NCBI RefSeq assembly: GCF_902713615.1
Contig: NC_052150.1
Location: 78,175,790 to 78,239,789, forward strand
DNA: 64,000 bases
Reading direction: 5' to 3'
DNA from: Scyliorhinus canicula
Taxonomy: Eukaryota
In this document: piece by piece, positions 14,580 through 27,310 of the stretch
Numbering within the stretch: the first letter of the stretch is position 1
Layout of the letters: every line of letters starts with the position of its first letter
The notes under the pieces: generated by a model
Seen by the model: the letters and a program-made list of their open reading frames with translations, nothing else
What the model was told of the DNA's origin: nothing
Databases searched by the model: none
Position numbers and translations under genes: made by a program

Positions 14580-14745
14580 GAATGCAGCTCTATAGTCGCA
14601 AGGGAAATTATAAAAAGTTCATGTTCACGGTTACACTCCACATGACTTTCAGTGGCCAATGGAAAAACCGAACAACTCGTAAAGTTCTATTGCAAAGTTG
14701 TAAATTTTCATAAAACAACAAGGGATTTATGACATTTCCCCATGA
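14580..14745 (-). promoter_or_regulatory. HoxA6-A7 intergenic promoter-like conserved element (probable distal promoter of long HoxA5-region transcripts)
   Basis: Several TTTAT/TTTAC Hox-Cdx sites, CCAAT 14656-14660, E-box CACATG 14639-14644, AGTTCA-TGTTCA 14616-14627 and a TATA-like box at about 14608-14614. Downstream minus-strand donor AAG|GTAAGG at 14175. Confidence 0.6.
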
Positions 14746-16196
14746 CTATTAGGAGGCAGGCCTTAGACGCCATTTTTAACAAAGAGACAAGTTAAAATTG
14801 TGAAATTATTAAAGATTTTTTCCACGGTTTAAAAAATAATTTCCCCCTTCCTGAAGTCACGTTATCATCACAATAACACCCGGTTATAATGTGATTTTTA
14901 AAAAAAAACAGAAATCATTCCTGTTTCTGCACCCAGGCTTTTATTGTCACGGATCAATTCTGTTTTAAGTATAACCGTAATAGTTCTATCGATATTTGTT
15001 CGAGTTTAACTCGTTTTTTTTCCGAAATGCCACAGTTACAAAAATGGCCATGGATTCGTCCATCTTGTGTGATCTAACTGCAAATTCTAGCGCCGCACTG
15101 CTCCCAGGGTGTGGGAGATGCGCGCTTACTCGAAAATTCGTTCAAGGCTCTGCGATGGCAGAGCGATCCGGTTCGTTTCTCTCTCATTTCAAATCGATGC
15201 TTTTTATTAGAGCAAATGCCGCACTAGACTGTGCTCCCAGTGTGCTCATCTTCCCAATTTTTCTCACACTGGCATGAATGGAATTGAGCGGGATCAGGCG
15301 TCCGACCCACATTGTTTACTGGCAACTTTTGCCCATCTCCGTACCAATTCCAACGTATTGCTTTTGAATATTGTCTTATTTTTATACAAATATTCGCCCC
15401 AATGATAATAAAATGTGTGCAGTTTTGGCATCGGCGTTCCCACATTCGGTTTTAATCAGTATGAAAATTGTCCGTTTCGTATAGAAAAAAGATGGATCAA
15501 TTTGTTTATTGAAATCAGACTAGGAGGCGCTGGATGGAGTGCGGTGCCTAAATGATTGCGTGTTATTGTTGAAATAGTATATATTTTAATTGCTGTTATT
15601 AATTATGTTACTTCTGTATTCATAACAAAATCTACAGCCACTCATTTGGTGGTACCCGTTGAAGCAGGCAAGCGAGACTCTTGTTTTCCAAGCACCGTTT
15701 AATGTTTCTTATTTTTGTTTGTTTACAGACACTCCATTCAAAGTATACATGGCTGGAACGAATATATGTATTTTAAATAGATTGCACCTTGAACCTTTAA
15801 CAACGGTTTTTATTTACCACACATACACAGATTACAATGCAAAACTTTCGCTTGACAGATACCACACCGAATATGGAACTGCAATATATCCAGTCGACGA
15901 TGCAGTTCGGATTTTCTATTATTACTTTTGGTTATTGGATATTCTTTATTTTATAATTTAAACAGTACACATGAATAAGACAATTGATACAACATACTTA
16001 AAAAAAACACAATTACATCATTCAGTAATACATGGTTTCTTTGAAATCTTAAGCAAGTATATATTTAAATGCCATTGATCAAAGGGGAAAATTGCAATTT
16101 CCCCCTTCCATTACGATTGTTGTGTGTTTTTTTTACAATATAGTATTTAAGCACAGTATGGAACGAGTCCATTCGCGTCAACTGTAAACCGGTATT

Positions 16197-17177
16197 TAGG
16201 TAGTTATCATTATTTTGTGTTATAAAGTGGCTATACACGCACCTCATTAAAAAAAAAACATACACCAGAATATATTTCACATTTTTACTCTCATATTATG
16301 GGTACTGTTTGAAGAAGTGCGAAAAGTCAAGACTCCCATAACAACACTATGTGTCTAGAAACGAATGTTAAATTAAAACATTTAGGTAGTTTTCATAGAC
16401 GTGCAAGGTGTCCACAATTGTGGTTTAGGTAGTTACATTCCATTGCTATATGAAAAGAGAAATCTTCTTCATTCTGTTACTGGTCATTAAGAAAGAATGT
16501 AGGAAATGCTAAAAACCAAGAATTGAACAGAAATAAACTATTTTACTGGACAAGTGAGTCTCCCGTCAGTTCTTGCTACATCGGTTAGAATGGCTCAAGT
16601 ACATTGGACCTGAATTGAGGACCTGGTATCACTTTTTTACTTGTGAATAGTGAGCTGGAATACTGTGAAACGTATGAAGGAGACATTATAGCAGGGGGTA
16701 AAATAAGTTTGAGAAATTACTCAGTGCATCAGATATATTTGAGAACATGGTGGAATTTTACGTTACATAGATTAGCAGGATAGTTACAATCTGGTTTATC
16801 GCCTAACATTGTTCCGCTGGCTGTTACCACTGGAGAATCCAGATTCCGAATCTAATCCCCTTAATTTTAATGACGGAGGACAAAGGTTTCGAATTTCATT
16901 GCCTTTCATCTTATTATTGTGCAGTGAGATTCTCAATTAAACTTGAGTAAACAGGCATCTCAGATTTTATTGTGTTTCCTATTACATCTGCGGGACCAAT
17001 GCTCAAAGTGTTTCCGCCTCGCCTTTATTAAGCACGGATTCTGATCTCAAGCCCCACATTCCTCCCCATTACCGATAAACATCCTGAATTCTATGTTTTG
17101 TGACTGAAACGCAAACCAGCGAACTTTACATTCTGAAGACATGATTTCGAAAGAGGTTATTAAAACATATAGGTAGT
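16197..17177 (-). promoter_or_regulatory. Four miR-196 8mer sites in the HoxA7 3'UTR
   Basis: Plus-strand TAGGTAGT (mRNA ACTACCTA) at 16197, 16383, 16426 and 17170. Candidate AATAAA at 15945-15950. Confidence 0.75.
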
Positions 17178-17299
17178 ATTATGAGTGCTAATGCACAACA
17201 TTTCTGAAAGAGTCCAATATTGTTGTTTGCTAGTCGAATGTCATGATTATCGGCGAAAGAGCAACTTTATTCGCAGAGTTCAGTATTCATTTGAGAGAC

Positions 17300-17569
<270 letters not shown>

Positions 17570-17947
17570 TCATTAATCCGGTTTTTTTTTAACATAAGAC
17601 TGAATAAGACAAAATCAAGCAATCCTGTCACTTAATGACCTTTCTAACTCTCCGTCGATCTCCACTCTTTCATAACTCAATAAAAGATCTGTGGTTGAAC
17701 AAAATATTCAGACGCAAATTGCCCGGTTTAAGGAGCCCAATGCACAATTTGGGATCTTCTGGCAAAGCTTTGAAAAATTAAGGATATATCCCAAGTTTCA
17801 GTGGAAGTCACTATGTGCCCTAAACTCTTTACTTCCAGCCAAGCAGCCACCCCAGTTGTTATTTCACCCAAGATAGAGAACACCAGTGCTAACATTTCAG
17901 ACACAGAAATGACAGGTAACAGAAACCTTAACCCTGCATGCACGTCT

Positions 17948-18124
17948 CCCCCCCCCCCCCCCCCCCCCACACGCCCCCCCCCCCCCACCCCCAAATGTGT
18001 CAGATTCTAACGCCAACAATCGAACCGGACAGGTTCACTCTGATGGTCAGAACTCGTATATCATCGCACTAAAGTGGAGCGTTTTAGATACAAACTTACA
18101 TCTACAGGGGGGGGGGGGGGGGGG
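17948..18124. repeat. Poly-C (C21, C13, C5) and poly-G (G18) tracts in the HoxA7 intron
   Basis: Read directly from the sequence. Confidence 0.9.
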
Positions 18125-18360
18125 CTTTACAAGGACCTAACGATCTTTCATGAGGGGCAAACTCCATCTCCAACTCCACGGGGCTTGCCTAATCTGTAAG
18201 CCTACTTTCAAAGTGGAACGTAGCGTTTTGCATTTACTCCAAAATATACCGTTTTCCCGCGTCCCAGTTACAACATAGTTCTTATTTGATGTTGATAAAA
18301 GTGAGTAAACAAGCAATATGTGAGTTGCTGTTAACTATAAAGGAGCGGAAGTCGAGTGCT

Positions 18361-18407
18361 TTTACGAGGATTGTACTGATTAATTGTGCAATAAAAGTTT
18401 TATGATT
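18361..18407. promoter_or_regulatory. HB1-type homeodomain site cluster in the HoxA7 intron
   Basis: TTTACGA..GATTAATTGTGCAATAAAAGTTTTATGA: a TAAT core plus inverted ATAAA/TTTAT sites near the 5' end of the intron. Confidence 0.6.
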
Positions 18408-18553
18408 GCTATCTGCATACAATAGCACATGCATTTGAGGAACTGTTCCTCAGATATCATTAAAACTCTTAACTACCTTCAGGATGTAGTGGCGCTCATT
18501 TTAACTGGTCATTCGCACGTTTCTCGTAGCTATGTTACATTTATATCCCATAC

Positions 18554-18947
18554 CTGCATTCCTCATCCAGGGGTAAATCCGGAAATTGCTCTCTGCTTGA
18601 GGGTGCACGTTTGTCTGATCCAATTTTTCGCAACCCTGTTTGCTGAGATCGCTGCAAAGAACTGGAATGTTCTGGTCTAAGGCAGAGCAACGCAGGTTGT
18701 AGGAATCTGAATTTAGATTATAACCTGTGTTGTACATGGAAGGACCGTGATAGATTGCACTATTAACATTGTAGAGCCCGGCCATCGGGGCTGGGAAGGC
18801 GCTGCCGCCCGCTCCATAGCTGGATCTTTGTGAGTTGGTTGCAAAAGCGCAAGAAGTTGCTTCAGTAAAGCCACTCGCATTCTGGAAAACGGATGTCCCC
18901 GCCGTATATTTGGGAAAAAGAGCATTCACATAATACGACGAACTCAT
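18554..18947 (-). CDS. HOXA7: HoxA7 exon 1 (spliced protein 208 aa)
   Basis: MSSSYYVNALFPKYTAGTSVFQNA...NFRIYPWMRNA. Donor CAG|GTATGG. Confidence 0.96.
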
Positions 18948-19115
18948 AATTTTGTCTGGTGATTTGTTGGCCAAGGCTCTTCAGTGTCGGTTTTATGAGA
19001 TAGCGTGATATATGGCAGCATTACACCCCCGATTTACACCAAACACCCATTTTCCTTCGGTCCGACTTATTCCTATTCACGTGACCTGACCATGTGATCC
19101 AGCCGCCCAATAGCA
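18948..19115 (-). promoter_or_regulatory. HoxA7 5'UTR and core promoter
   Basis: CACGTG 19078-19083, CATGTG 19091-19096 and CCAAT 19107-19111 just upstream of the ATG. Confidence 0.6.
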
Positions 19116-21563
19116 TTCCGCATCACAGGTGGTAAATAGCATGTTATCCGACTATTTTCAAAAATATATTGTGCAAAAGTCATGCATAATCTTTTGCAGT
19201 GTTATGATTGTGGATATATTGTGTAACCTTAAAAGTCAAGTATCTCCTCACCGTTACTTAACAAGTCATTGTCCCACATGCACGTGAAGGTTGTAGGAAC
19301 GCAGGTATGTGTCCAGCATTTTTGAAAATAAGATGTGTGGTGAATTTGGAAGTGTAATGAAATGTTTACATGGACATAATAAAGGAGACATGTTTCCTTC
19401 ATACTCAATTATGCATATTTCATGAATCGCTACATTGGACTAGCATTAAGGACCATTCTACATTTTCGCTGAAAAGAAACGCTTAGGCCGTTTCATTTAA
19501 AAGAAATGAGCACTCCCATTGTTCCTCCCCCTGCCTGTACAGTTGTTGCTGTACAACACGAGAGAAATTGGAGCCCTGTTGAATTAATGGTCAATACACA
19601 TCTAACCTCTTGACTATAGAATAACCTGTGCGGTTTCAGTGAGGATTGCAGATACAAAATACATGCCTGCAGCACCGCTCAGGGTAGCTGTGAAGCTTCT
19701 GTTATCAAATCCTGTTGTTTTGAAACATGCAAGCGAGTTTCTATATTGATTTCTTGTAATGCAGGATTTCACTTTGGAGCCAACCACGTTTCCTCAGACG
19801 GGTTTTAGTGCAACAACTATTCTGTGAAGACCTTTTGGAGTTGCTAGGAAATCTGATTAGAACCCCGCAGGGGATTTACCCCGGTATCATTTCCTCCTTC
19901 TGTTTTACAACTTTTTTTTTCAGTCTCCCTCCCAGTCCTCTCGTTAGATCACAGAACTTATCTCCGAAGCTGTTGCCAGCAATTTGCCTGCATATTGTCC
20001 TGTTGCTCTACTTAGTGTTTCGGTTCATTCCCAGCGGAACGGTTGCTTTTAACTGCAACATTCACAGGCATATTTGTCGGTTATAACCGGGGAATGCAAT
20101 CCCACTGTTTACAACAGGCACACTGTATTTAAACGATGCACCCAGTACTTCGAAAATAAAGGGTTGTTGCATCAGAACATGTTTCTGCATTTCCGCCAGA
20201 GATCCTTCCGGCAACATTTTCTCTATTATTAGGAAATGTTATTTTCCTTTGATCTCTGGAGTCTCCTCTGATGTGTCGCAGTCCTTGTGCTAAGCAGACA
20301 GACTTTACACCGACAGGGGTGGCTATCAAGCCGTTATTGCACTACCTTCATCCTCGCTCGTTAAGGAGCATGCTTTGTTTGATATAACACTACTAAACTG
20401 TCTGTAATGTCCATATTTTCCGCACATTCCTGAAAACGAAACCATGCGCGAATGTGGATGTTCCTGGAAGCGCTTGAGCTGTATTCTGAACTTTTCCAAC
20501 TTCAAGATGCATCTAAAAAACCGAGGTGTCAGAGATATTGCCAGACCGAGCTTGCTTTATAATGTTAAGAGTTTAAATAAAGTTGAAATCATGGCAATCA
20601 ATAGCGTGCGGTTGCGTCCAGCAGAGGTAACCAGTACATTTATATATAATAAATAGATGTGAACTTTATTTTTTCAAAAACATGTTTTCCAGGTCTCAAG
20701 CTGTCTCGCTGTAAATGGGTAACCGCTGTGGACTGCTTTTCGATCGCAAGAACTAGAAGATACATCCAAAACCGAAGGATGTGAAGATTAGATGAAAATA
20801 CAATATCATTGAACGGATTGCCAGTAACGTCAGCGTTTCATTCCTATCTTTCTATTTCAATAATAACAAAGGGTCGCTGCTACCTTAAGTCAAATGTTTG
20901 ATAAGAACACAGATATACGGCTAGACGTGTAAAATTTAATTCCTCAATAATTTGACATTTGACTGGGGAAATTGTTTTTTTTACCGCAATTTTATTTTGC
21001 TCCTTATTTCGCCATTTCTCATGGCCTGAAACGCGCAGTTAGTCAGGGAGCAATGCGACTCTGCGGCCCCAGTTACACATGTTTATAAATAAAATACATG
21101 TTCTAACCATTCATTGAACATTTCAATTACTCGTGTCTTCATTGTCACATTAAATAAGACTTTACCAACAAAGCACCTACCCAAACGCACGAGGTTTATT
21201 TAGCAACAATCCCACATGCTCATTTACTTTTAGCACCAGGGATCCAGGATTATGTGGCCGAAACATTGCATTACCAGCTCGAGATGGCGAAAGTACAAAA
21301 ACAAAGTAACCGAACACAGATTTTCACCTGAAATAGTAAATTGTTATGGTTGGACCTTCAAATGTCAATGCACATATTTGAAACAAAATACAACTGAATC
21401 AGATGGCTGGACAGTAAATATGATGTATTTATAAATCGAGCAGTTTCAAATTATGTCAGCTCGTCTACGACTACAGAGCAGACCATGTACAGCACGAAAA
21501 TTAAGAATATTAATTTGGTCAATATGCAATTACAAAAAAACCTCAAATGATATATACAGACAG

Positions 21564-21616
21564 TAGATATATAGATACAGATAGGTAGATAGATAGATAG
21601 ATAAATAGATAGATAC
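21564..21616. repeat. Imperfect (GATA)n microsatellite
   Basis: tagatatatagatacagataggtagatagatagatagataaatagatagatac. Confidence 0.85.
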
Positions 21617-23442
21617 AGCCAAACAGATAGTAAGCCAATCACGTTACATAGCCTCATATTATGCTTCCAGAAATTTAAATTTTCATGGCTGTTTACTTAA
21701 GTTCGGAAATTTCAGCCCCTCCTGTATTTCCGGTTGCGGCTCTATATCTAATATTGGATTTTTTTCGATGTATCTCCAGAAGATTGTTATTTGTTATTTT
21801 AAATTGCTTACAAACGCATGTGAACCATTAAAATTATGCTGCATACTAACAGATAAAACTGATTTGCAGCCAGGCCTCCTACATTTCAATAGACGAAATA
21901 GCACAGTGCTCACCGAGCATATATTTGAATTGTCATTACATAATAATCTACATCATTGCTGTCAGCATATTTTCAAATACATATATCTCGATTTCGTTAC
22001 ACGTCATTTGCTATGGTTTGGAATCTATTATCTGGCTGTGAAGGTCCCCCCCCCCGCCATTGCCAACTTGCTGTTTATTAAAGGAAATAGAAGCTTGTTC
22101 GGGCTCGAGCTAAATTCTGGTTTGGTTCTGTACTGTGGCAAGAAATATACGGATTTCTTATATGCAGAGCTACATTGGAAATAAAATTGTGCACATTGCA
22201 CCGAAGTTTGGTTTCGAAGACTGATGAGTCCGAGCATCATTGATTTGTACCATATATCACCAAATGTATCTGTATCATTCACATGAAGGCAAGTGCGTGA
22301 ATGATCTAAGAGTTTTTGACCCAATACGCCACGTTTTAGTAACGTGAAGACCTCACCTGTTTTCGTTTCAAAAGGTATAAACTATTATGCAATTAAAAAC
22401 AGACGGCTGCGCGCGATTTTAACTTTCTGCTGCACGCGAAAGCTTCGGTGACTTATTTAAACATACCAGGCGGCATTGAAACAAGCACAACATTCTTTGG
22501 ATTCGACCGACGCTTTCATTCAGGCCAACCCCAATATGGGGCCGATTTTATAGGATGTTCCCACTGAAAAGATGTGTACAGTGTGCCGTAGATTGACTCA
22601 ATGTGAAAAGATAATGTAGGCATGGTTAACAGTAAATAAATAAGTATCCTCCTAACTGACTTTCTTCGGTCGCATTACAACATTTGACTAAGTTATTAAC
22701 GATTGCCTGAAATTTCTACAAGCTATTGTTCAGTACTTTCATCAAACGGGTATTTGACTACACGCCATTAATAACGCTATTTACTCAGTCAATAGATTTG
22801 ATTTTATAAACTACATCAGTATGGAGTCCAGTCAAATAGGTACAGAAAAATGAACAGTATTAACATACTTCTTCTAAGTCAAGGATATGCCACATTTAGC
22901 ATTTGATTCATACTAATCCCGGGAAAACCTAGGGTGCGTGCATGTAGATTTAGGTATGTGATTGGGCACATGTATGCCGGTATATTTGTATGTATGATTG
23001 GATGTATGTTCATGAATGTGGGTACATAGTTGTATGTGTTACATGCTGTTATATGTTCAGATTGACATAAAGTAGCTCACGTCGCTTCTCCTTCACATAT
23101 TGAATGTTTAATCCCTGTCCCCTGTTGCTCGCAACTGTGGACTTGGAAACGAAGATGGAGATAATCAATTTAAATCCTGTTATTGTACATTAAAAAATAA
23201 AACACTGAAGTATAAATGGATTTCTAAACCCCGTGTCAAGCAGAATTAATTTGTCCACAAATGAGTTGATGGATTCAAAATGAATATACTCCATCGACCT
23301 CAGTCCATTTTTACAAGTGTCATTTGTGGTAGATGTTTTCATCCTATTTACAGCCCACTGTATAAATAAATCCCAGTTTATAGCAGTTATTGCACACTTT
23401 GGCAGCTTGGCGGCACTCTTTTTAAATTTTTCTGTGGATTAA

Positions 23443-23476
23443 CACTGCCATCTCCTGACCATGAAAGAAAACTGCA
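23443..23476 (-). promoter_or_regulatory. CTCF core plus upstream (ZF9-11) motif at the HoxA7|A9 boundary
   Basis: Minus strand reads TGCAGTTTT-ctttca-TGGTCAGGAGATGGCAGTG, with core and upstream motif at canonical spacing. Confidence 0.75.
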
Positions 23477-25537
23477 ACCAAGAAATTGCTGAGAGAACGC
23501 GCAGAATGCCTTTTTTGTAACTGTCAAGAAACTAATACCTATATTTATTTTGACAATTATTTTTTTATAATAACTATCCAGCTTAATTGCACATCGCGTG
23601 AAAATTTCAAAAAGGAATAAAGATCCGTTTTCTTTCCACTAGACGCAATAAATTAGTAAAGAGATATTTGAGGGGCCCACGTTGAGGACGAGACTAATAA
23701 AGGTCGTTATTTCCGCAGACCTCTTTGTCTAGGCAGCCAGACAAAACAAATGGATCGCCTTCTCTGGAAAAATACTGATTGTAGCTGGACAGTTGTAAAC
23801 TAATTAAAACCCGAATTCCAGACGACTTGCCAGACCCTTCATTTTATTGCAAGTCTCCCTGTTTAGCCTTTGAAGCTCCATCTGCAACAACAGAGGGCGT
23901 CACAACATTATAACCCTTCAGACTGAACACTAAAAAAAATTAAAAATAGAAGTTCGATTCAGCAACTGTTTCATAACATAATCATAAAAAAAAGAATGAT
24001 TGTAATCCCATGCGAGTGTTTGCTGCCAGATACTGAAGAATGCTCTAAATAAAGATTGTCAGTGTCGTATTTATGCACTTCGCCCCTTAACCTCCAGCGT
24101 TTTACACCCCATAAACGCTTCCAGCAGTCATTTTCTTTTATTGCGGTGCACCACTCTGGATTTTACTAACGACAGCCACTGCCAAGACTTCTAACTACGC
24201 GAGTCTCTCTGTCCAGTTTCCAAATCATTTGAATCCCACTAAATCTATCCATACTGTCCTCGGGGACCTTAAAAAAGTTACTAGGGAGCTTACAGTTGGA
24301 AAGGAAGTTGCACAAATAGCCAAACCGTACACAACTTTTTTTTTAAGCGGTAACACGCTTTACACTTATATACCTTACTTCCTAAGGACCAGATCCCTTT
24401 GTGTTGCTGACTAGTTAAAGAAATGGCGGGAGGGAGATGTGCCCTTGTGAATGTTTCGAATTATTTACCTCTTTATAATTCGATGAAATCCCAGCAATTT
24501 TGGAGCTTTCACACGGACAAGAACTCAAGATTGTTCATTTCCACTTCCAGCAGAAGTGCTGCATCACTTGGATAAGTAGCACACAACAAATCATATAAAT
24601 AACCAGCGGCCTTGGCGCATGGCCAGGCGACAGATAAAAGTTGTTAATTCACAGTTTTCTTTTGCACGCTCTCGGGTTAATTGGTGATAACTGGGAGTTA
24701 AGCTGAAACGCATTCTGGATCTTTGTCATCAGATCCGCTTCCAAGCCAAAGTTGTCAGAACGCACTTTCTATTTTCTTCCCTTTTTCCGAAACCCCAATC
24801 TCATTCTAATTTTAGTTCCCCCTGTTAAGTAATGTCTTCTCGGCTGTGGTGATAACATTCGTTGCTGTGTTTATTAAGGAAAATCTAAACTTTGAGTTAC
24901 ATCTTCAATGTCAGAACTTGGGGTAAAATCAAAAAGTGGGTGTTGAGCAGATCGTTAAAATGTTGCAAATTAGTCAGGGTCGATATTGGCGACATTCTGC
25001 CTAATGTTTGTAAAGATATATGATTAGTAACATGAATGTGACAAACTTAATTTCATTGACTCACTGTTGTTCGCCTGAAAGTTAATTCGTGTGCATCATT
25101 TAAAATGCTATCTATCTGTAAAGGGAAATGTTTGTATATTGAATATGTTTCCGCTCGATATGAGTGTTTAGAAAATCCTGCAGGGATGGTGATCGTGGAG
25201 ATCCAGCCAGTGAGATTCAGAGACAGAGAGCATATTTTATATGTAGTCAAACATATATTTTATTAGACAACAAATAAAATGACATTTCATTACAAACAGT
25301 ATGGTTTGGTCAATATGACACGAGGTAATCATTTCAAACGTGTACACAAGTGTAAATGTGTTAGCTCTACAGGTCTAAAGGTAACCCCCATTTAAAACAC
25401 ATTAGTGGCATATGTTCTTGCTATTGCACCCAGGCTTTTTTCCTTGTACACATTACATTTATTGACAATATTGTTTGTTTATTCCATCGCATAAATGCGT
25501 CAAAACAATTTTAAGGGTGACATTCACACACAAAACA

Positions 25538-26157
25538 TAGGTAGTTACTAGTTATACATATAGGTAGTTTTAAACCAAATTTTACACTTTTCTCTGCACC
25601 ACAACACCGATAAATACAAAGTGTCTGAGAACTTTATTCGTGCTTTTTTCACAACAGACAAGAGTATCGTGTAGCATTATGCTCAGCGCTGCTCTTTGAA
25701 ATACAACTTATATTAGCATTCTATGCAAATCAGTTTCATATAATTTCTGAAGAACAACACAATCGTCATGCACTCCGGGCAAGGCCGTTACTCAGTCTCA
25801 CAAAGGACAGCATAAAGCCTGGAATTTCTACAGGTTCATTCACAGTGAAAATAATACAATATATGTTCCAAGTTCACCACGAAAATAACATTTCATATGC
25901 ACTACACAGCCTGTTATCTTTATATTAAACATCCTGAGTTAAATTGAGATTTTTCTTTTGTTTGTTTACACGATCTTTACTGGGACACCGCCCAAGCACA
26001 AAGGCCCATTCACAGAGATATTCACCACAATAGACACAAGGATTCAAGTATATAAGCAGCCTCGCTTGCTGCGTGTAAAACAAGTAAATATTAAACTAGT
26101 ACAGTATTACTGAATTACTGTCCACACTGAATTGCGGTAGATTTAAGAAAAGGTAGT
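25538..26157 (-). promoter_or_regulatory. miR-196 sites in the HoxA9 3'UTR
   Basis: 8mers at 25538 and 25561; a 7mer-m8 with extended pairing at 26151. Candidate AATAAA at 25259-25264. Confidence 0.7.
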
Positions 26158-26403
26158 TTTCATGTGAAGTAAGGTAGATTCCGTAGCCACATACTTAACC
26201 TTGCCGTACATGTCTCCCTCTTTGGTTCCCAACTAACAAGTGTATCAGTCGTTTTACCCACCATATGTAGTCCAGAACTGGCAAAGGAATAATTTGTGCT
26301 AATGGCATGACAAAATGTACATATAGTCTTTCTGAAGTAGGACCTATTTCGATTGCAATTGTGAATTAGTCTTTTTTCTCTCTCTCTCTCATTCTGATTC
26401 CTG

Positions 26404-26645
26404 TCACCGGTCATCTTTAGGTCGTTCCTTGTTGATTTTTTTCATCTTCATCCTTCTGTTCTGAAACCAGATTTTAACTTGCCGTTCGGTGAGGTTGAGG
26501 ACCCTGGCAACCTCATATCTGCGGTCTCGTGTGAGGTACATGTTAAACAGGAATTCCTTCTCCAGCTCCAGGGTCTGGTGTTTGGTGTAAGGGCAGCGTT
26601 TTTTTCTCGTCGATCTTGCATGCAGCCAATTGGCGGAAGGGTTAT
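26404..26645 (-). CDS. HOXA9: HoxA9 exon 2 (homeobox)
   Basis: Acceptor TTCCAG|AT. Encodes [80 protein letters not shown]. Confidence 0.97.
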
Positions 26646-27310
26646 CTGGAAATGTGAAAGAAACACATTTAATATATTTTCGCTCTTCCACGATGGACAA
26701 AATGTGGTAACATTCTGAGAATCCAAACACCGTTACAGATAGCAGAGGATGAGGCAGCACTGGGTTAATGAGGCTGTTGCTACACTTTTGCAGTGTGTTT
26801 CCACTGTTAAATCAATCGTCTTGCCCAATGAACAGACTCTATCAGTAGAGCCGTAGAAATAAGTTAGAAAAAAATAATATTGTGACGATCTGGAATTCGG
26901 ATATAAATAATCCAACGCAATATGTGGTCTGTCTGTATTGCATATTGTGTGCAGTATTTGTTTATCCACTAGACTTATCGCCATCACATTTATTGGCAGC
27001 ATATACACTTGAATTGCAGGGCCAGTCGTCACACGATTTCTCCCCTTTCTCTTATATATTGAATGGAAATTAGTTCAGCAATACCCAATTGGAATTCGTA
27101 GCAAGGTCGAAAATGTACAGCATTAACCTTAACCACATATCTCAAAAGCTATTTTTGTCTATGTAGTTTTTTAAAAAATGCAAACTGGAAACCGATCTCG
27201 GCATTTGCATGTCGCTATGTAATGCAGACAATGGTAGGAATTTAAAATAGTTTGAATTTATCGTCCTTATATCGAAAAGTAATGCAAAAACGCGGGGTTT
27301 GCCCACTTAC

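Noticed and set aside
11900-15533. CTCF C6|7 candidates at about 11901-11915 and 15517-15530
   Set aside because: Each mismatches key consensus positions and cannot be called without a PWM scan.
19200-25200. HoxA8 gene or pseudogene
   Set aside because: I found no MSSYF start, hexapeptide or WFQN remnant by eye on the minus strand.
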